Assembly: GCA_026004535.1 (NCBI GenBank) | Contig: BPJI01000001.1 | Span: 431,424-495,423, forward strand | Origin: Candidatus Parcubacteria bacterium | Lineage (GTDB): Bacteria; Patescibacteriota; Minisyncoccia; UBA6257; HR35 | Direction: 5' to 3' | DNA: 64,000 nucleotides | Part shown: one piece after another, positions 19,943-29,580 of the stretch | Position numbering within the stretch: the stretch's first letter is position 1 | How the letters are laid out: each line of letters starts with the position of its first letter | The notes under the pieces: generated by a model | The model's input: only the letters and a program-made list of their open reading frames with translations | Databases searched by the model: none | What the model was told of the DNA's origin: nothing | Translations under genes and position numbers: made by a program

Positions 19943-21613
19943 ATGGATTTTGAAAATTTTAAAAATAAATTAATCTCGTATAATAATTATGGTCCAGAAG
20001 ATTTAATTTTAATTGAAAGAGCCTTTTATTTTGGCGAAAAAATTTATCAAGGAATTAAAAGAAAAAACGGAGAGCCCTATTTAAATCATTGTTTAAGAAC
20101 CGCTTTGAACCTGGCTGAACTGAAATTATCTAAAGAAATGATCATTGCTGGCATTTTGCATGATGCTTTAAAAGATGGCAATTGTAATGAGGAGAAATTA
20201 AAAACAGAGTTTGGCGAGGAGATTACTTTTTTAGTTAAAGGAGTAAATAAAATAGGTTCTTATCGTTATCAAGAAAAAAACTTAATTCAGGCTGAAAATT
20301 TAAGGAATCTAATTTTAGCTATTATTAAAGATCCAAGAATTGTTGTTATTAAACTTGCTGATCGTTTAGATAATATGAGAACCTTAGAATTTCTATCTGA
20401 TGAAAAAAGAAAAAGAATCTCTCTTGAAACAGCTGATATTTATGCCCCATTAGCTTTAAGACTAGGCATTAACAATTGGGCAGGTGAGCTTGATGATTTA
20501 GCTTTAAAATTTTTAGATCCAGAAAATTATAATGCTCTTAAATTAGAAATTGAAAAAAGAGTTGCTGATGGAAAAAGTTATTTAGAAAAATTAAAGACGT
20601 CTATTGAACGAGAACTTAAAAATAAGAATATTAATTTAATTAAGATCGACTATCGAGTTAAAAGAATCTCAAGTGTTTACAAAAAATTGCCTCGAAAAAA
20701 TTTTGATCTTGATCAAATCTACGATCTCTTAGCTTTTAGAATTATCGTTAATTCGGTTGAAAATTGTTATTTAGCTTTAGGAGTAATTCATTCTTTGTTT
20801 AAACCACTGATGCATGAATTTGATGATTATATCGCCTTTCCTAAACCTAATGGTTATCGTTCTTTACATACAACAGTTATTACGGAAGAAAATAAATATA
20901 TTGAATTTCAAATACGCACAGAAGAAATGCATCTTTTTAATGAATACGGATTGGCTGCCTATTTAGCTTACGCTAAAGCTAAACAAACAAAAATATATCA
21001 AAAAAACAAGACTGTTTTTGCTGACGAGAAAGAATTAAAAATAATTAATAATTTAAAAAACTGGCAAGAAAATTTTCAAGAAATTTTTTCTGAAAAGATT
21101 TATGTTTTAACTCCTAAAGGTGACGTTATCGAGCTTCCTGCTGGCAGTACGCCTTTAGATTTTGCTTATAAAATTCATACAGATTTAGGTAATCATTTTG
21201 TTGGTGCTCGAGTTAATCAAAAAATTGTTCCAATCAATTATAAGCTTCAAAATGGAGATGTTATTGAAATAATCGTTAATAAAAATAGGAAACCATCTCC
21301 TGATTGGTTATCAATTGTTAAATCGGCTAATGCTAGAAAGAAAATCAAGGCTGAAGTTAAAAAAGAAAACATAATCTTTGTTCCTAAAATAATCCAACCA
21401 ATAAAAATTATTGCTCAAGATCGAATTGGTATTTTAAAGGATATTACTAATTTAATTTCCTCAAAAGGTATTAACATTATTGGTAGTAAAAATAAATCTA
21501 AAAAGGGATTGGTTTATATTTATTTCGATGTTCAGGTTAATGAAAAAAAAGAAATTATCGCTTTAAAAGATTTAATTAAAAATAAAATTAAAGAAGTGGT
21601 TGAGGTAGAATAA
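19943..21613 (+). CDS. relA: RelA/SpoT homologue (HD-SYNTH-TGS-ACT)
   Basis: IKLADRLDNMRTL, PKPNGYRSLHT, EFQIRT, TPLDFAYKIHT. Confidence 0.9.
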   Translation: MDFENFKNKLISYNNYGPEDLILIERAFYFGEKIYQGIKRKNGEPYLNHCLRTALNLAELKLSKEMIIAGILHDALKDGNCNEEKLKTEFGEEITFLVKGVNKIGSYRYQEKNLIQAENLRNLILAIIKDPRIVVIKLADRLDNMRTLEFLSDEKRKRISLETADIYAPLALRLGINNWAGELDDLALKFLDPENYNALKLEIEKRVADGKSYLEKLKTSIERELKNKNINLIKIDYRVKRISSVYKKLPRKNFDLDQIYDLLAFRIIVNSVENCYLALGVIHSLFKPLMHEFDDYIAFPKPNGYRSLHTTVITEENKYIEFQIRTEEMHLFNEYGLAAYLAYAKAKQTKIYQKNKTVFADEKELKIINNLKNWQENFQEIFSEKIYVLTPKGDVIELPAGSTPLDFAYKIHTDLGNHFVGARVNQKIVPINYKLQNGDVIEIIVNKNRKPSPDWLSIVKSANARKKIKAEVKKENIIFVPKIIQPIKIIAQDRIGILKDITNLISSKGINIIGSKNKSKKGLVYIYFDVQVNEKKEIIALKDLIKNKIKEVVEVE

Positions 21614-23689
21614 TTAACGAATTGTTATTCCATATCTACTTTTTAAATTTTCTTCAATTTTCCGCATTTCTAAGTTAACATCTTCATCAGTTAAACTTCG
21701 TTGGGGGTGGAAAAAAATAAACCTGATTGTCATTGATTTTAAATTTGAAACCTCAGAATTTTGAGGAAAATAAACGTCAATTAATTTTATTTCCTGAAGA
21801 TAATTTATTTTTAATCTCTCAATTTCCATCTTTAATTGACTAAATTTAATTTTTTCATCAATAAAGAATGATAGATCTCTGATAATTTGAGGAAAAATTG
21901 GCCAAGGATGAAAAACTTTTTTCATCACAGATCTTTTTTTTAATGTATTTGTATCTAATTCAATTACACCAACATTTAAATCAATGTCCAGTTCGCTTAA
22001 AATTTTTTTCTTAATTAAACCCAAAATGCCGACATTATCAATTTTTATTCCTGCGGTTAAAAATTCGTTTTTAATTTCTTCTAATTTCAAATTCAAGCAT
22101 AATTCTGAAGCAATAAAATTTAAAACACCCTTTAATTCCTTTAAAATTTCTTCGGGTGTTAATTTACTGGCATAAACGATTCCCAAATGATATTTCTCAA
22201 CCACGGATTCACGCGGATTTAAAACGGATTTGCGCGGATTATATTGAGCCACGGATTCACGCGGATTTACACTGATCTCTTTATAAGCTACTTTACTTAT
22301 TTCAAAAATTTTGATTTCCTTAAAATTAAATTGATTAAGATAAACAGATTTTAATAAATTAGGAATTAAACTCGATTGAAAATATTTATAATTTTCACTA
22401 ATTGGATTTAAAACCTCGACCACGGATTTTCGCGGATTTAAAATATCAACCACGGATTCACGTGGATTTTCTATACGCATAACATCATTTAATCTATATA
22501 ATCCTTGCAGTTCTTTCTCTCCATAAAAACTATAATTATGACCTTCATCATAACCAGCTTTGGTTAATATTTTTCTTAAAAAATTATTAAAAACAATATC
22601 TTCTTCAATGAAAATTTCTCTTAAGGGTGATTCATAAATTGGTTTAATTTTATTTAAATCATATATCCTTATAATTTCTTCAACAATATCTGTTTCCGTT
22701 TGTAAATCTAATCTCTCCAAAGGTACAATTAATTGATCATTTTTAATTTTGATGCCTAATTTTTTAAAAATTTTCAAAATTTCTTTTTTATTAATTTCTA
22801 AACCGGTGATTTTTTTAACTTTGTCAAAATTAAATTTTATTTTAGTCTCCCTTAATTTTTTCTCTCCAAAAATTTTTCTTAAAACATCTCCGCCTAAATT
22901 TCTATTAATTAAATAAGAAACCCTATTTAAGGCTTGCAAAGCTCTTATTGGCGCTACTTTTCTTTCAAAACGAAAACTTGCTTCTGTTTTCAAATTTAAC
23001 TTTCTTGAAGTTTGATAAATTTTAGTCGGGTCAAAAACTGCCGCTTCAATAAAAATATTTTTTGTTTTTAAATCAATTTCTGCTGTTTTGCTTCCTTTAA
23101 TTCCAGCTAAACCTAAAATTTTTTCTTTATCAGCAATAACAATTTCATCACCTTGAAGCTCATATTCTTTCCCCTCTAAAGAAATAAATTTTTCTCCTTT
23201 TTTAGCTAAACGAACATAGATATTGCCTTTAATTTTGTCCAAATCAAAAATATGAAGTGGTGCCCCATATTCAATCATCACAAAATTAGATAAATCAACT
23301 AAAAAGTTAATTGAATTAAAACCGTAAAATTCAACAAATTCTTTTAACCAACCCGGAGAAGGTTTATTTTCAACATTTAAAATTATTCTGCCAAAATAAT
23401 AAGGCGCTAATTTTGAATTAACAATCACTTTGAAGTTTAAACTTTTTGCTTTAGATTGTAGATTGTTAATTTTTAATTCTTTTGAGATTAAATTTTTTAT
23501 TATTGCTACTTCTTTAGCTAAACCAATTAAACTCGCTGCATCAGGATAACGATTAGGCAAAATATCAACCTCTAAAATTCCATCATTATAAACAGTCTCG
23601 AAACTTTTCATTGTCAATTCACTAGCAATTTTTTCCCAGTCTAATTTTTTATTTAAATATTTTTCTAAATCTTTTATTCTAAATTTCAT
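21614..23689 (-). CDS. pheT: phenylalanyl-tRNA synthetase beta subunit (short form, with repeat insertions)
   Basis: ILPNRYPD, EYGAPLHIFD, EASFRFER, DIVEEIIRIY, C-terminal RDLSF domain. Confidence 0.93.
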   Translation of the reverse strand: MKFRIKDLEKYLNKKLDWEKIASELTMKSFETVYNDGILEVDILPNRYPDAASLIGLAKEVAIIKNLISKELKINNLQSKAKSLNFKVIVNSKLAPYYFGRIILNVENKPSPGWLKEFVEFYGFNSINFLVDLSNFVMIEYGAPLHIFDLDKIKGNIYVRLAKKGEKFISLEGKEYELQGDEIVIADKEKILGLAGIKGSKTAEIDLKTKNIFIEAAVFDPTKIYQTSRKLNLKTEASFRFERKVAPIRALQALNRVSYLINRNLGGDVLRKIFGEKKLRETKIKFNFDKVKKITGLEINKKEILKIFKKLGIKIKNDQLIVPLERLDLQTETDIVEEIIRIYDLNKIKPIYESPLREIFIEEDIVFNNFLRKILTKAGYDEGHNYSFYGEKELQGLYRLNDVMRIENPRESVVDILNPRKSVVEVLNPISENYKYFQSSLIPNLLKSVYLNQFNFKEIKIFEISKVAYKEISVNPRESVAQYNPRKSVLNPRESVVEKYHLGIVYASKLTPEEILKELKGVLNFIASELCLNLKLEEIKNEFLTAGIKIDNVGILGLIKKKILSELDIDLNVGVIELDTNTLKKRSVMKKVFHPWPIFPQIIRDLSFFIDEKIKFSQLKMEIERLKINYLQEIKLIDVYFPQNSEVSNLKSMTIRFIFFHPQRSLTDEDVNLEMRKIEENLKSRYGITIR
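22200..22276 (-). repeat. CACGGAT-family arm in frame in pheT
   Basis: Encodes ISVNPRESVAQYNPRKSVLNPRESV. Confidence 0.8.
22419..22468 (-). repeat. CACGGAT-family arm in frame in pheT
   Basis: Encodes NPRESVVDILNPRKSVV. Confidence 0.75.
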
Positions 23690-23698
23690 TGTTATGTA

Positions 23699-23813
23699 TT
23701 ACCCGGATAACCAACCGGATTATTTTACCCGGATGATTACCGGATAAATCCGGTTTATATCCAGGTAGTATTATCCGGTTAATATCCGGGTAAAAATATT
23801 TTCTGCTGCTGTC
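23699..23813. repeat. CCGG-family element with CAGC terminal motif, between pheS and pheT
   Basis: Centre ACCGGATAAATCCGGT; ends AAAATATTTTCTGCTGCTGTC. Confidence 0.88.
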
Positions 23814-23823
23814 TAAGGTATTA

Positions 23824-24831
23824 TTAAAATTGTCTTATAAATCTCAAATCTGAAGAATGTAAAATTCTAATGTCATCAATACCATGCTCTAACATTATTA
23901 ACCTATCAACACCAAAACCAAAGGCATAGCCTTGATATTTCTTATAATCAATCCCAGCTGACTTTAAGACAAAATCATGAACCATGCCAGCACCAGCGAC
24001 TTCAATAAAACCAGTTTTTTTACAAATTATACATCCTCTTTGTTTACAAAAAATACAACCAATGTCAATTTCTAATCCAGGTTCAACAAAAGGAAAATAT
24101 CCTGGTCTAAATCGAACAGGTAAATTTTCTTTAAAAAATCTTTCAAAAAATTTCTCAACCACATATTTTAAATGACCTAAATTGCTATTTTCGCTAATTG
24201 AAATTCCGTCAAGTTGATAAAATTCAAAATCATGGGTTTTGTCAATTGCTTCGTAACGAAAAACTTTACCAGCAATTATTGCTCTTATCGGAACTCCATA
24301 TTTCTTTAAAACAGGAACTTGAAAACAAGAAGTATGAGTTCTAAATAATAATTCTCTATTTTTTACCCATAAAGTGTCCCAAAGATCCCTGGCTGGATGA
24401 TGCGGAGGAATGTTTAAGTAATCAAAGTTTTCTTTTTCATCAACGATTTGAGCATAATCAACGACACTAAAACCTAACTGAATAAAAATATCAAAAATTT
24501 TATTAATTGTTTGGGAAATCAAATGTTCTTTACCAACTTTAATTTCTCTACCCGGATGTTCAAAATCAAATTTAATATTAGTCTCTAGTAAAAATTCTTT
24601 TTTTTGCCGATAAAGATTTTCAATTTTTCTTTTAAGTTCGTTATAAAGACTGCCAATTTTTCTTTTTTCTTCAATTTCTAATTTTTTTATTAATGATGGA
24701 AAATTAGCTAAATAACTTTTTCGACCTAAATATTTTATTAACAAATTTTCCAATTCACTTAAACTCTTAACACTAGTAAATTCTTTTTCTGCTTCTTGCC
24801 AAATTTTATTTAAAGTTTCTTCAAGAGACAT
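23824..24831 (-). CDS. pheS: phenylalanyl-tRNA synthetase alpha subunit
   Basis: HHPARD, FRTHTS, YFPFVEPG, GYAFGFGVDRL. Confidence 0.96.
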   Translation of the reverse strand: MSLEETLNKIWQEAEKEFTSVKSLSELENLLIKYLGRKSYLANFPSLIKKLEIEEKRKIGSLYNELKRKIENLYRQKKEFLLETNIKFDFEHPGREIKVGKEHLISQTINKIFDIFIQLGFSVVDYAQIVDEKENFDYLNIPPHHPARDLWDTLWVKNRELLFRTHTSCFQVPVLKKYGVPIRAIIAGKVFRYEAIDKTHDFEFYQLDGISISENSNLGHLKYVVEKFFERFFKENLPVRFRPGYFPFVEPGLEIDIGCIFCKQRGCIICKKTGFIEVAGAGMVHDFVLKSAGIDYKKYQGYAFGFGVDRLIMLEHGIDDIRILHSSDLRFIRQF

Positions 24832-25087
24832 TGCTTTCTATCTGTAAAATCACCTCGCCTTGTCCAATTTTTTTAACTAATTCTTGTTCAGAAAAATTTG
24901 CTGGACTAAAAATAACCAAAATGTTTACTTCAGGATAATAATCAAATTTTTCCAAAACAAATTCCTCTAAAATTTTTTCTCCAAACTCAGGCTTATTATT
25001 TTTAATTTCGTAATTTCTAACTAAAACCCTGACTTTATCTCCTGGTTTAATTTTGGTCTCTTCAGTTTGAAATACGAAATATCTCAT
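24821..25087 (-). CDS. hypothetical protein
   Basis: 88-aa ORF overlapping both neighbours in operon fashion. Confidence 0.6.
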   Translation of the reverse strand: MRYFVFQTEETKIKPGDKVRVLVRNYEIKNNKPEFGEKILEEFVLEKFDYYPEVNILVIFSPANFSEQELVKKIGQGEVILQIESNVS

Positions 25088-25989
25088 TTGAAATTGGGGA
25101 CAACCATAAAAACATTTGACTGATAAACCCTTTGCCCTATTGCTTTTTTAAGTAAATTTTTAAGATTATCAAAGGCATCAGTTATAGCTTCTAAAATAGC
25201 CAAATCTCTATCTATGGACATTATTGTCGGACCAACTTTATGTGGTACACCAAATCCCCTTAATATTAATGATTCATGAGTTTCTAAGTCTTTTATCTCA
25301 ATCTCTACTGTAGCAAAGGCATTCAATCTAAGTGACAATCTGTCTAAAATTTCATATATAATATCTCGTCTTGATCCTCTTTTCTCAGCTTCTCTTAAAA
25401 TAATATCTCTTAAAAATTCGATCATTATATTCCTTCGCTCCTCTGTCTCCACTTTAACAAAAACTTTTGAAATCTCATATTTTTTTCCTTCCAGTCTTCT
25501 TAATGCATCCACATCAGGTATCCATTTCGTTTTGGCTGTCTCAATAAAAAGATCTTGAACCTTGTTTCTAACAAATTGTTCGAAATTATGTCTACTCGGA
25601 ACATTGATTGTTAAAGCATAAAACCAAGAAATTCCTATTGGCTTTTCTGGAACTAAAAATTTTCCTATCATTTCTATATTATTAAATTTCTCAGTAAGTT
25701 CTCTAACATCAATTTGAAATTGAGCAATTTCTTTAGTTTGTTGAACATAAGAAGTTGAAGCAATTAATTCAACTAATTCTTTTTGGGATTGTGCAATTGT
25801 TAATTCGATTTCTGTTGGTGGTTTAAGCGCTTTCATTACTTCTTCGTTGAAATTTCGAGAATCTGCAGGTTTTTGAGCTAAACTTAAAAATAAAAATGGC
25901 ACTAAGGCATTGGCTACCTCTCCTCTGAATCTAACCAATTTATTTATTACTCCTCTTGCCGCTTCTTTTTCAGTAACTTTTTCAACCAT
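25084..25989 (-). CDS. hypothetical protein
   Basis: 301-aa ORF, no motif recognised. Confidence 0.65.
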   Translation of the reverse strand: MVEKVTEKEAARGVINKLVRFRGEVANALVPFLFLSLAQKPADSRNFNEEVMKALKPPTEIELTIAQSQKELVELIASTSYVQQTKEIAQFQIDVRELTEKFNNIEMIGKFLVPEKPIGISWFYALTINVPSRHNFEQFVRNKVQDLFIETAKTKWIPDVDALRRLEGKKYEISKVFVKVETEERRNIMIEFLRDIILREAEKRGSRRDIIYEILDRLSLRLNAFATVEIEIKDLETHESLILRGFGVPHKVGPTIMSIDRDLAILEAITDAFDNLKNLLKKAIGQRVYQSNVFMVVPNFK

Positions 25990-25998
25990 ATTTTAATT

Positions 25999-26634
25999 TT
26001 ACACTACCTTTGTTAAGGGACAATTTTGATGATTATGCTTTTTGGCTGGACAATATTCTCTTCCATATTGAATCAATCTTAAGGGAAAATCGCGCCATTC
26101 TGGACCTTTGGGTATTATTTCCATTAAATCTTTTTCTATTTTTTCTGGCTTAGTTTCATTAGTTAAACCTAAAATTTTTGTTAATCTTTTTACATGAGTA
26201 TCAACAACAATCCCTTCATATTTATTATAAGCAATAGATAAAACTACATTAGCAGTTTTTCGAGCTACACCTCTAAGCTGAAGAAGTTCTGCCATTGTTT
26301 TTGGCACTTCACCTCCAAATTTTTCTTTAATTATCTTGGCATTTTCTAAAATAAACTTTGCTTTGTTTTTATAATAATTAACTCCTTTAATATCCTGTTG
26401 GAATTCTTTCAAGTTAGCTTTAGCATAATCATCAATTGTTTTATATTTTTTAAAAAGCTTTGCTGTTATTTCGTTTACTTTTTTGTCAGTTGTTTGAGCA
26501 GATAAAATTGCCGCCACTAAAAGTTCCCAGGGATTAGAAAAATTTAAAGCAATCCTTGCTTGAGGATAAATTTTTTTTAATTCTTTATTAATTTTTTCAA
26601 AAATTTTTTTTCTTTTCTGAATATCGTTTGCCAT
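25999..26634 (-). CDS. nth: endonuclease III
   Basis: LSAQTTD, HhH LRGVARKTANV, VVDTHV. Confidence 0.93.
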   Translation of the reverse strand: MANDIQKRKKIFEKINKELKKIYPQARIALNFSNPWELLVAAILSAQTTDKKVNEITAKLFKKYKTIDDYAKANLKEFQQDIKGVNYYKNKAKFILENAKIIKEKFGGEVPKTMAELLQLRGVARKTANVVLSIAYNKYEGIVVDTHVKRLTKILGLTNETKPEKIEKDLMEIIPKGPEWRDFPLRLIQYGREYCPAKKHNHQNCPLTKVV

Positions 26635-26644
26635 ATTTAAAATA

Positions 26645-26768
26645 CTACCCGGATGATTACCTGATAAAAATATCTACCTGGATAAATACCGGATTATTTT
26701 ACCCGAATGCTTACCAGATAAATCCGGTTTGAATCCGGGTAACTATATCCGGCTAATATCAGGGTAAC
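26645..26768. repeat. CCGG-family two-armed element
   Basis: Centre ACCAGATAAATCCGGT. Confidence 0.85.
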
Positions 26769-26780
26769 TAGTTTCTTTAT

Positions 26781-27029
26781 CTATTTAATACCCGGCGATG
26801 ACACAATCAACACCCAACTTTTTTTAACTAAATCTGCTTCTTCTAAAATGGGGTCAATAACTCTTGAAACCTTGGCACAGTCTTCGATATTTACTCCTCC
26901 TTCTTTATCAATTTTAATTATTAAAGCAAATCTACCATTTTCACTACCGAATTGAATATCAAACAATTTATAACCCATATCCTCGATTACTTCTTCAATC
27001 AATTCTCTGACTTTTTCTTTTAGGTCCAT
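26781..27029 (-). CDS. rimP: ribosome maturation factor RimP, N-terminal domain only
   Basis: IDKEGGVNIEDCAKVSR...VSSPG; the track's longer N-terminus is translated repeat DNA. Confidence 0.8.
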   Translation of the reverse strand: MDLKEKVRELIEEVIEDMGYKLFDIQFGSENGRFALIIKIDKEGGVNIEDCAKVSRVIDPILEEADLVKKSWVLIVSSPGIK

Positions 27030-27039
27030 TAGATAAGCC

Positions 27040-27525
27040 CGCTGACAGCTGAAGAAAATTTTTTCAGGGCGATGATAGCTGCGACATTTATCATATACAG
27101 CCGACAGCTGCTGAAATTTTTCAACCGCGGGCAGCTGCAGATATATATTCATTAGGCAGACAGCAGCGGAAAATCTTAAAACGCAGACAGCTGCGGAAAT
27201 GCTTTAACTACCCGGATGGTCTATCGGATATAATTACCCGGATAGCTTATCGGATAATGTTTATCCAGATGAATACCGGATTATTTTATCCGGATGATTA
27301 CCGGATATTTATCTAACCGGATAACTTACCGGATATAGTTACCCGGATAAACTAACGGATATAATTACCCGGATTAATAACCGGATAAAAATACTCTATA
27401 TATCATCCGGTCTATATCCGGGTAGTTCTATCCGGTTCATAGCCGGGTAGTATTATACGATTATAATCCGGGCAGAAAATATTTTCAGCTGCTGTCTGCG
27501 GTAAATACTCTGACCACTGCTGTCC
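27040..27525. repeat. nested element: CAGC-family arms outside, CCGG-family arms inside
   Basis: GACAGCTGC units 27040-27199; CCGG arms 27209-27473; GCTGCTGTC units 27485-27525. Confidence 0.9.
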
Positions 27526-27556
27526 ATATTAATAATTTTACTATAATTATAATATA

Positions 27557-28171
27557 ATGAAAAAATCAGCGGGAATTTTAATTTATAGAATAAAGCGGAA
27601 TCACACAGAACCAACACATAACTTACAGAAAAATTATGTCAATTCCGCGTCCGTTCTACATAGCTCAGCGTCTAAAAATAATTCAACGAGCTCAGCGTCG
27701 GTTCTGCGTAATTCTGCGGAAATAGAAGTTCTTTTAGTTCATCCTGGTGGACCATTTTATAAAAATAAAGATCTTTGGGATATACCAAAAGGTGAAATAG
27801 AAGAAAACGAAGAACCACTTCAGGCAGCCGTAAGAGAATTCAAAGAAGAAACGGGCTTGGTTTTTTCTTCCGATGATTTAAATAAAATTATTTTCTTTGA
27901 CAAATTTTTAAGACATACTGATAAAAAAACTATCTATATCTTTCTAATTGAAAAAAATTTTGGAAATAATTTAGTACCGAAAAGCAATTTTATCGAAATA
28001 GAATTTCCAGCTAAAAGTAAAAGATTTATAAAAATACCGGAAATTGATAAAATGGATTATTTTAATCTAAAAGAAGCTAAAGAAAAAGTTTTTCCCTGGT
28101 TAAAAGAATTGTTAGAAAAGTTTGAAAAATTTATTAATCAAGTTGATTTTGATCAAAAAATAAAAAATTAA
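27557..28171 (+). CDS. NUDIX hydrolase with ~41-aa repeat insertion
   Basis: SAGILIYR..VLLVHPGGP; Nudix box GEIEENEEPLQAAVREFKEETG. Confidence 0.9.
   Translation: MKKSAGILIYRIKRNHTEPTHNLQKNYVNSASVLHSSASKNNSTSSASVLRNSAEIEVLLVHPGGPFYKNKDLWDIPKGEIEENEEPLQAAVREFKEETGLVFSSDDLNKIIFFDKFLRHTDKKTIYIFLIEKNFGNNLVPKSNFIEIEFPAKSKRFIKIPEIDKMDYFNLKEAKEKVFPWLKELLEKFEKFINQVDFDQKIKN
27595..27718 (+). repeat. CAGAAC-family element in frame in the NUDIX gene
   Basis: Encodes NHTEPTHNLQKNYVNSASVLHSSA..SSASVLRNSA. Confidence 0.8.
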
Positions 28172-28305
28172 AATTGTTAGTTAAAAAGTAAAAAAAATAA
28201 ATCTAGAAAAAGAATTTAATATTTATTTTTTAATTAAAAGATATTTAATTTTGCATAATAAATAATTCTAGTTTCTGAATTAAAATTATTCTACTTTTAT
28301 TAATT

Positions 28306-29580
28306 TTATTTATTTTTAGTTAAAATAAGAAGACTCTCTAAATGAGGAGTATTTGGATAAAAATCAAAACCATAGACTCCTTTAATTTTATAGTCATTTT
28401 TTAAAAAATTAAAATCTCGAGCTTGAGTTATAGGATTGCAAGAAAGATAAAAAATATTTTGAGGTTTGGTTTTTAAAATTAAATTAATTAATTTTTTGTG
28501 AAGTCCTACCCGGGGAGGATCCAAAATTAATAAGTCAGTTTTTTCTAATAAATCAGAAGGAATCTTTTCTGAAGGCAAAAGGAGGGTTTTAAAATTTTTT
28601 ACCCCATTAATCTCAGCATTAATCTTTGCGTAACTTATTGAATTTTTATCAACATCAACAGCTAAAATTTCCTTAGCTTTTTCTTTTAAACTCAAACCAA
28701 TAACGCCGACTCCAGAATATAAATCAACAATCTTTTTAAAATCTTCACTATTTTCAATCATAATCTTTAAAGCTTCTTCAAAAAGTTCGATGTTATTTTG
28801 AAAAAAAGAATTATAATGATAAAAAAATTCAAGATTTAAAATTTTCTCCTTCAAATATTCCCTACCCCAAGAATTTAAAACTTCATCAAACCGACTAGCT
28901 GGGCTTTTAGGATTAGAAAAAGCAAAAACAAAACCGGAAATTTTTTTATTTCGGTAAATAAAAGATTGATTTCTGTTTTTAGTTAATAAAGAGAGATGAA
29001 TATCATTAGTCCTTTTAGCTTTTCTGATAATTAAACTTTTCAAGTCTTTTAATCTTTCAAAATCTATTTTCTCTAAAAGGTCCAAAGCTAATTTATTTGC
29101 TTCTTCGTCAATTAATAAACAGCCATTTTCTAGTTTTAATTTCTCTTTATAATTGCCTCTTTTATAAAAAGCTAAAAAATGTTTTTCTCCTTCTTCTAAA
29201 AAGCTATATTCAATTTTAGTTCGATAACCAAAAATCTCTTTTGCTGGATAAAAATTGTCTAAATTGACTTGGCAATCGGCAAATTTTAGATAGATTTCTT
29301 TGAGTATATTTTTTTTAATTTTTATTTGAAAGTCATAAGAAAAAGTTTGCCAAGGTGAGCAAGAAAGATAATGATTTTCTTTAGCTTCAATTCTATAAGG
29401 TGACTTATTCAAAACTTTCAAAAGTTCGGCTTCAATAAATTCCTTTCTATTTTTAATTATCTTAACTAATGCTTTCTCTCCTGGTAAAATCCCGTAAGCA
29501 AAAACAATTCTGTTCCCAAATTTTCCAACACTTACACCATTATGTTCTATATTTTCAAAATTTAATTTAATTGTTTCCAT
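28306..29580 (-). CDS. rlmD: RNA m5U methyltransferase, RlmD/TrmA family (TRAM domain)
   Basis: SFFQNN, DLYSGVG, LDPPRVG, YLSCNP, DFYPNTPHLE. Confidence 0.85.
   Translation of the reverse strand: METIKLNFENIEHNGVSVGKFGNRIVFAYGILPGEKALVKIIKNRKEFIEAELLKVLNKSPYRIEAKENHYLSCSPWQTFSYDFQIKIKKNILKEIYLKFADCQVNLDNFYPAKEIFGYRTKIEYSFLEEGEKHFLAFYKRGNYKEKLKLENGCLLIDEEANKLALDLLEKIDFERLKDLKSLIIRKAKRTNDIHLSLLTKNRNQSFIYRNKKISGFVFAFSNPKSPASRFDEVLNSWGREYLKEKILNLEFFYHYNSFFQNNIELFEEALKIMIENSEDFKKIVDLYSGVGVIGLSLKEKAKEILAVDVDKNSISYAKINAEINGVKNFKTLLLPSEKIPSDLLEKTDLLILDPPRVGLHKKLINLILKTKPQNIFYLSCNPITQARDFNFLKNDYKIKGVYGFDFYPNTPHLESLLILTKNK

Noticed and set aside
27030-27152. 41-aa N-terminal extension of RimP in the ORF track
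   Set aside because: It is translated CAGC repeat DNA; RimP similarity starts at the ATG at 27029
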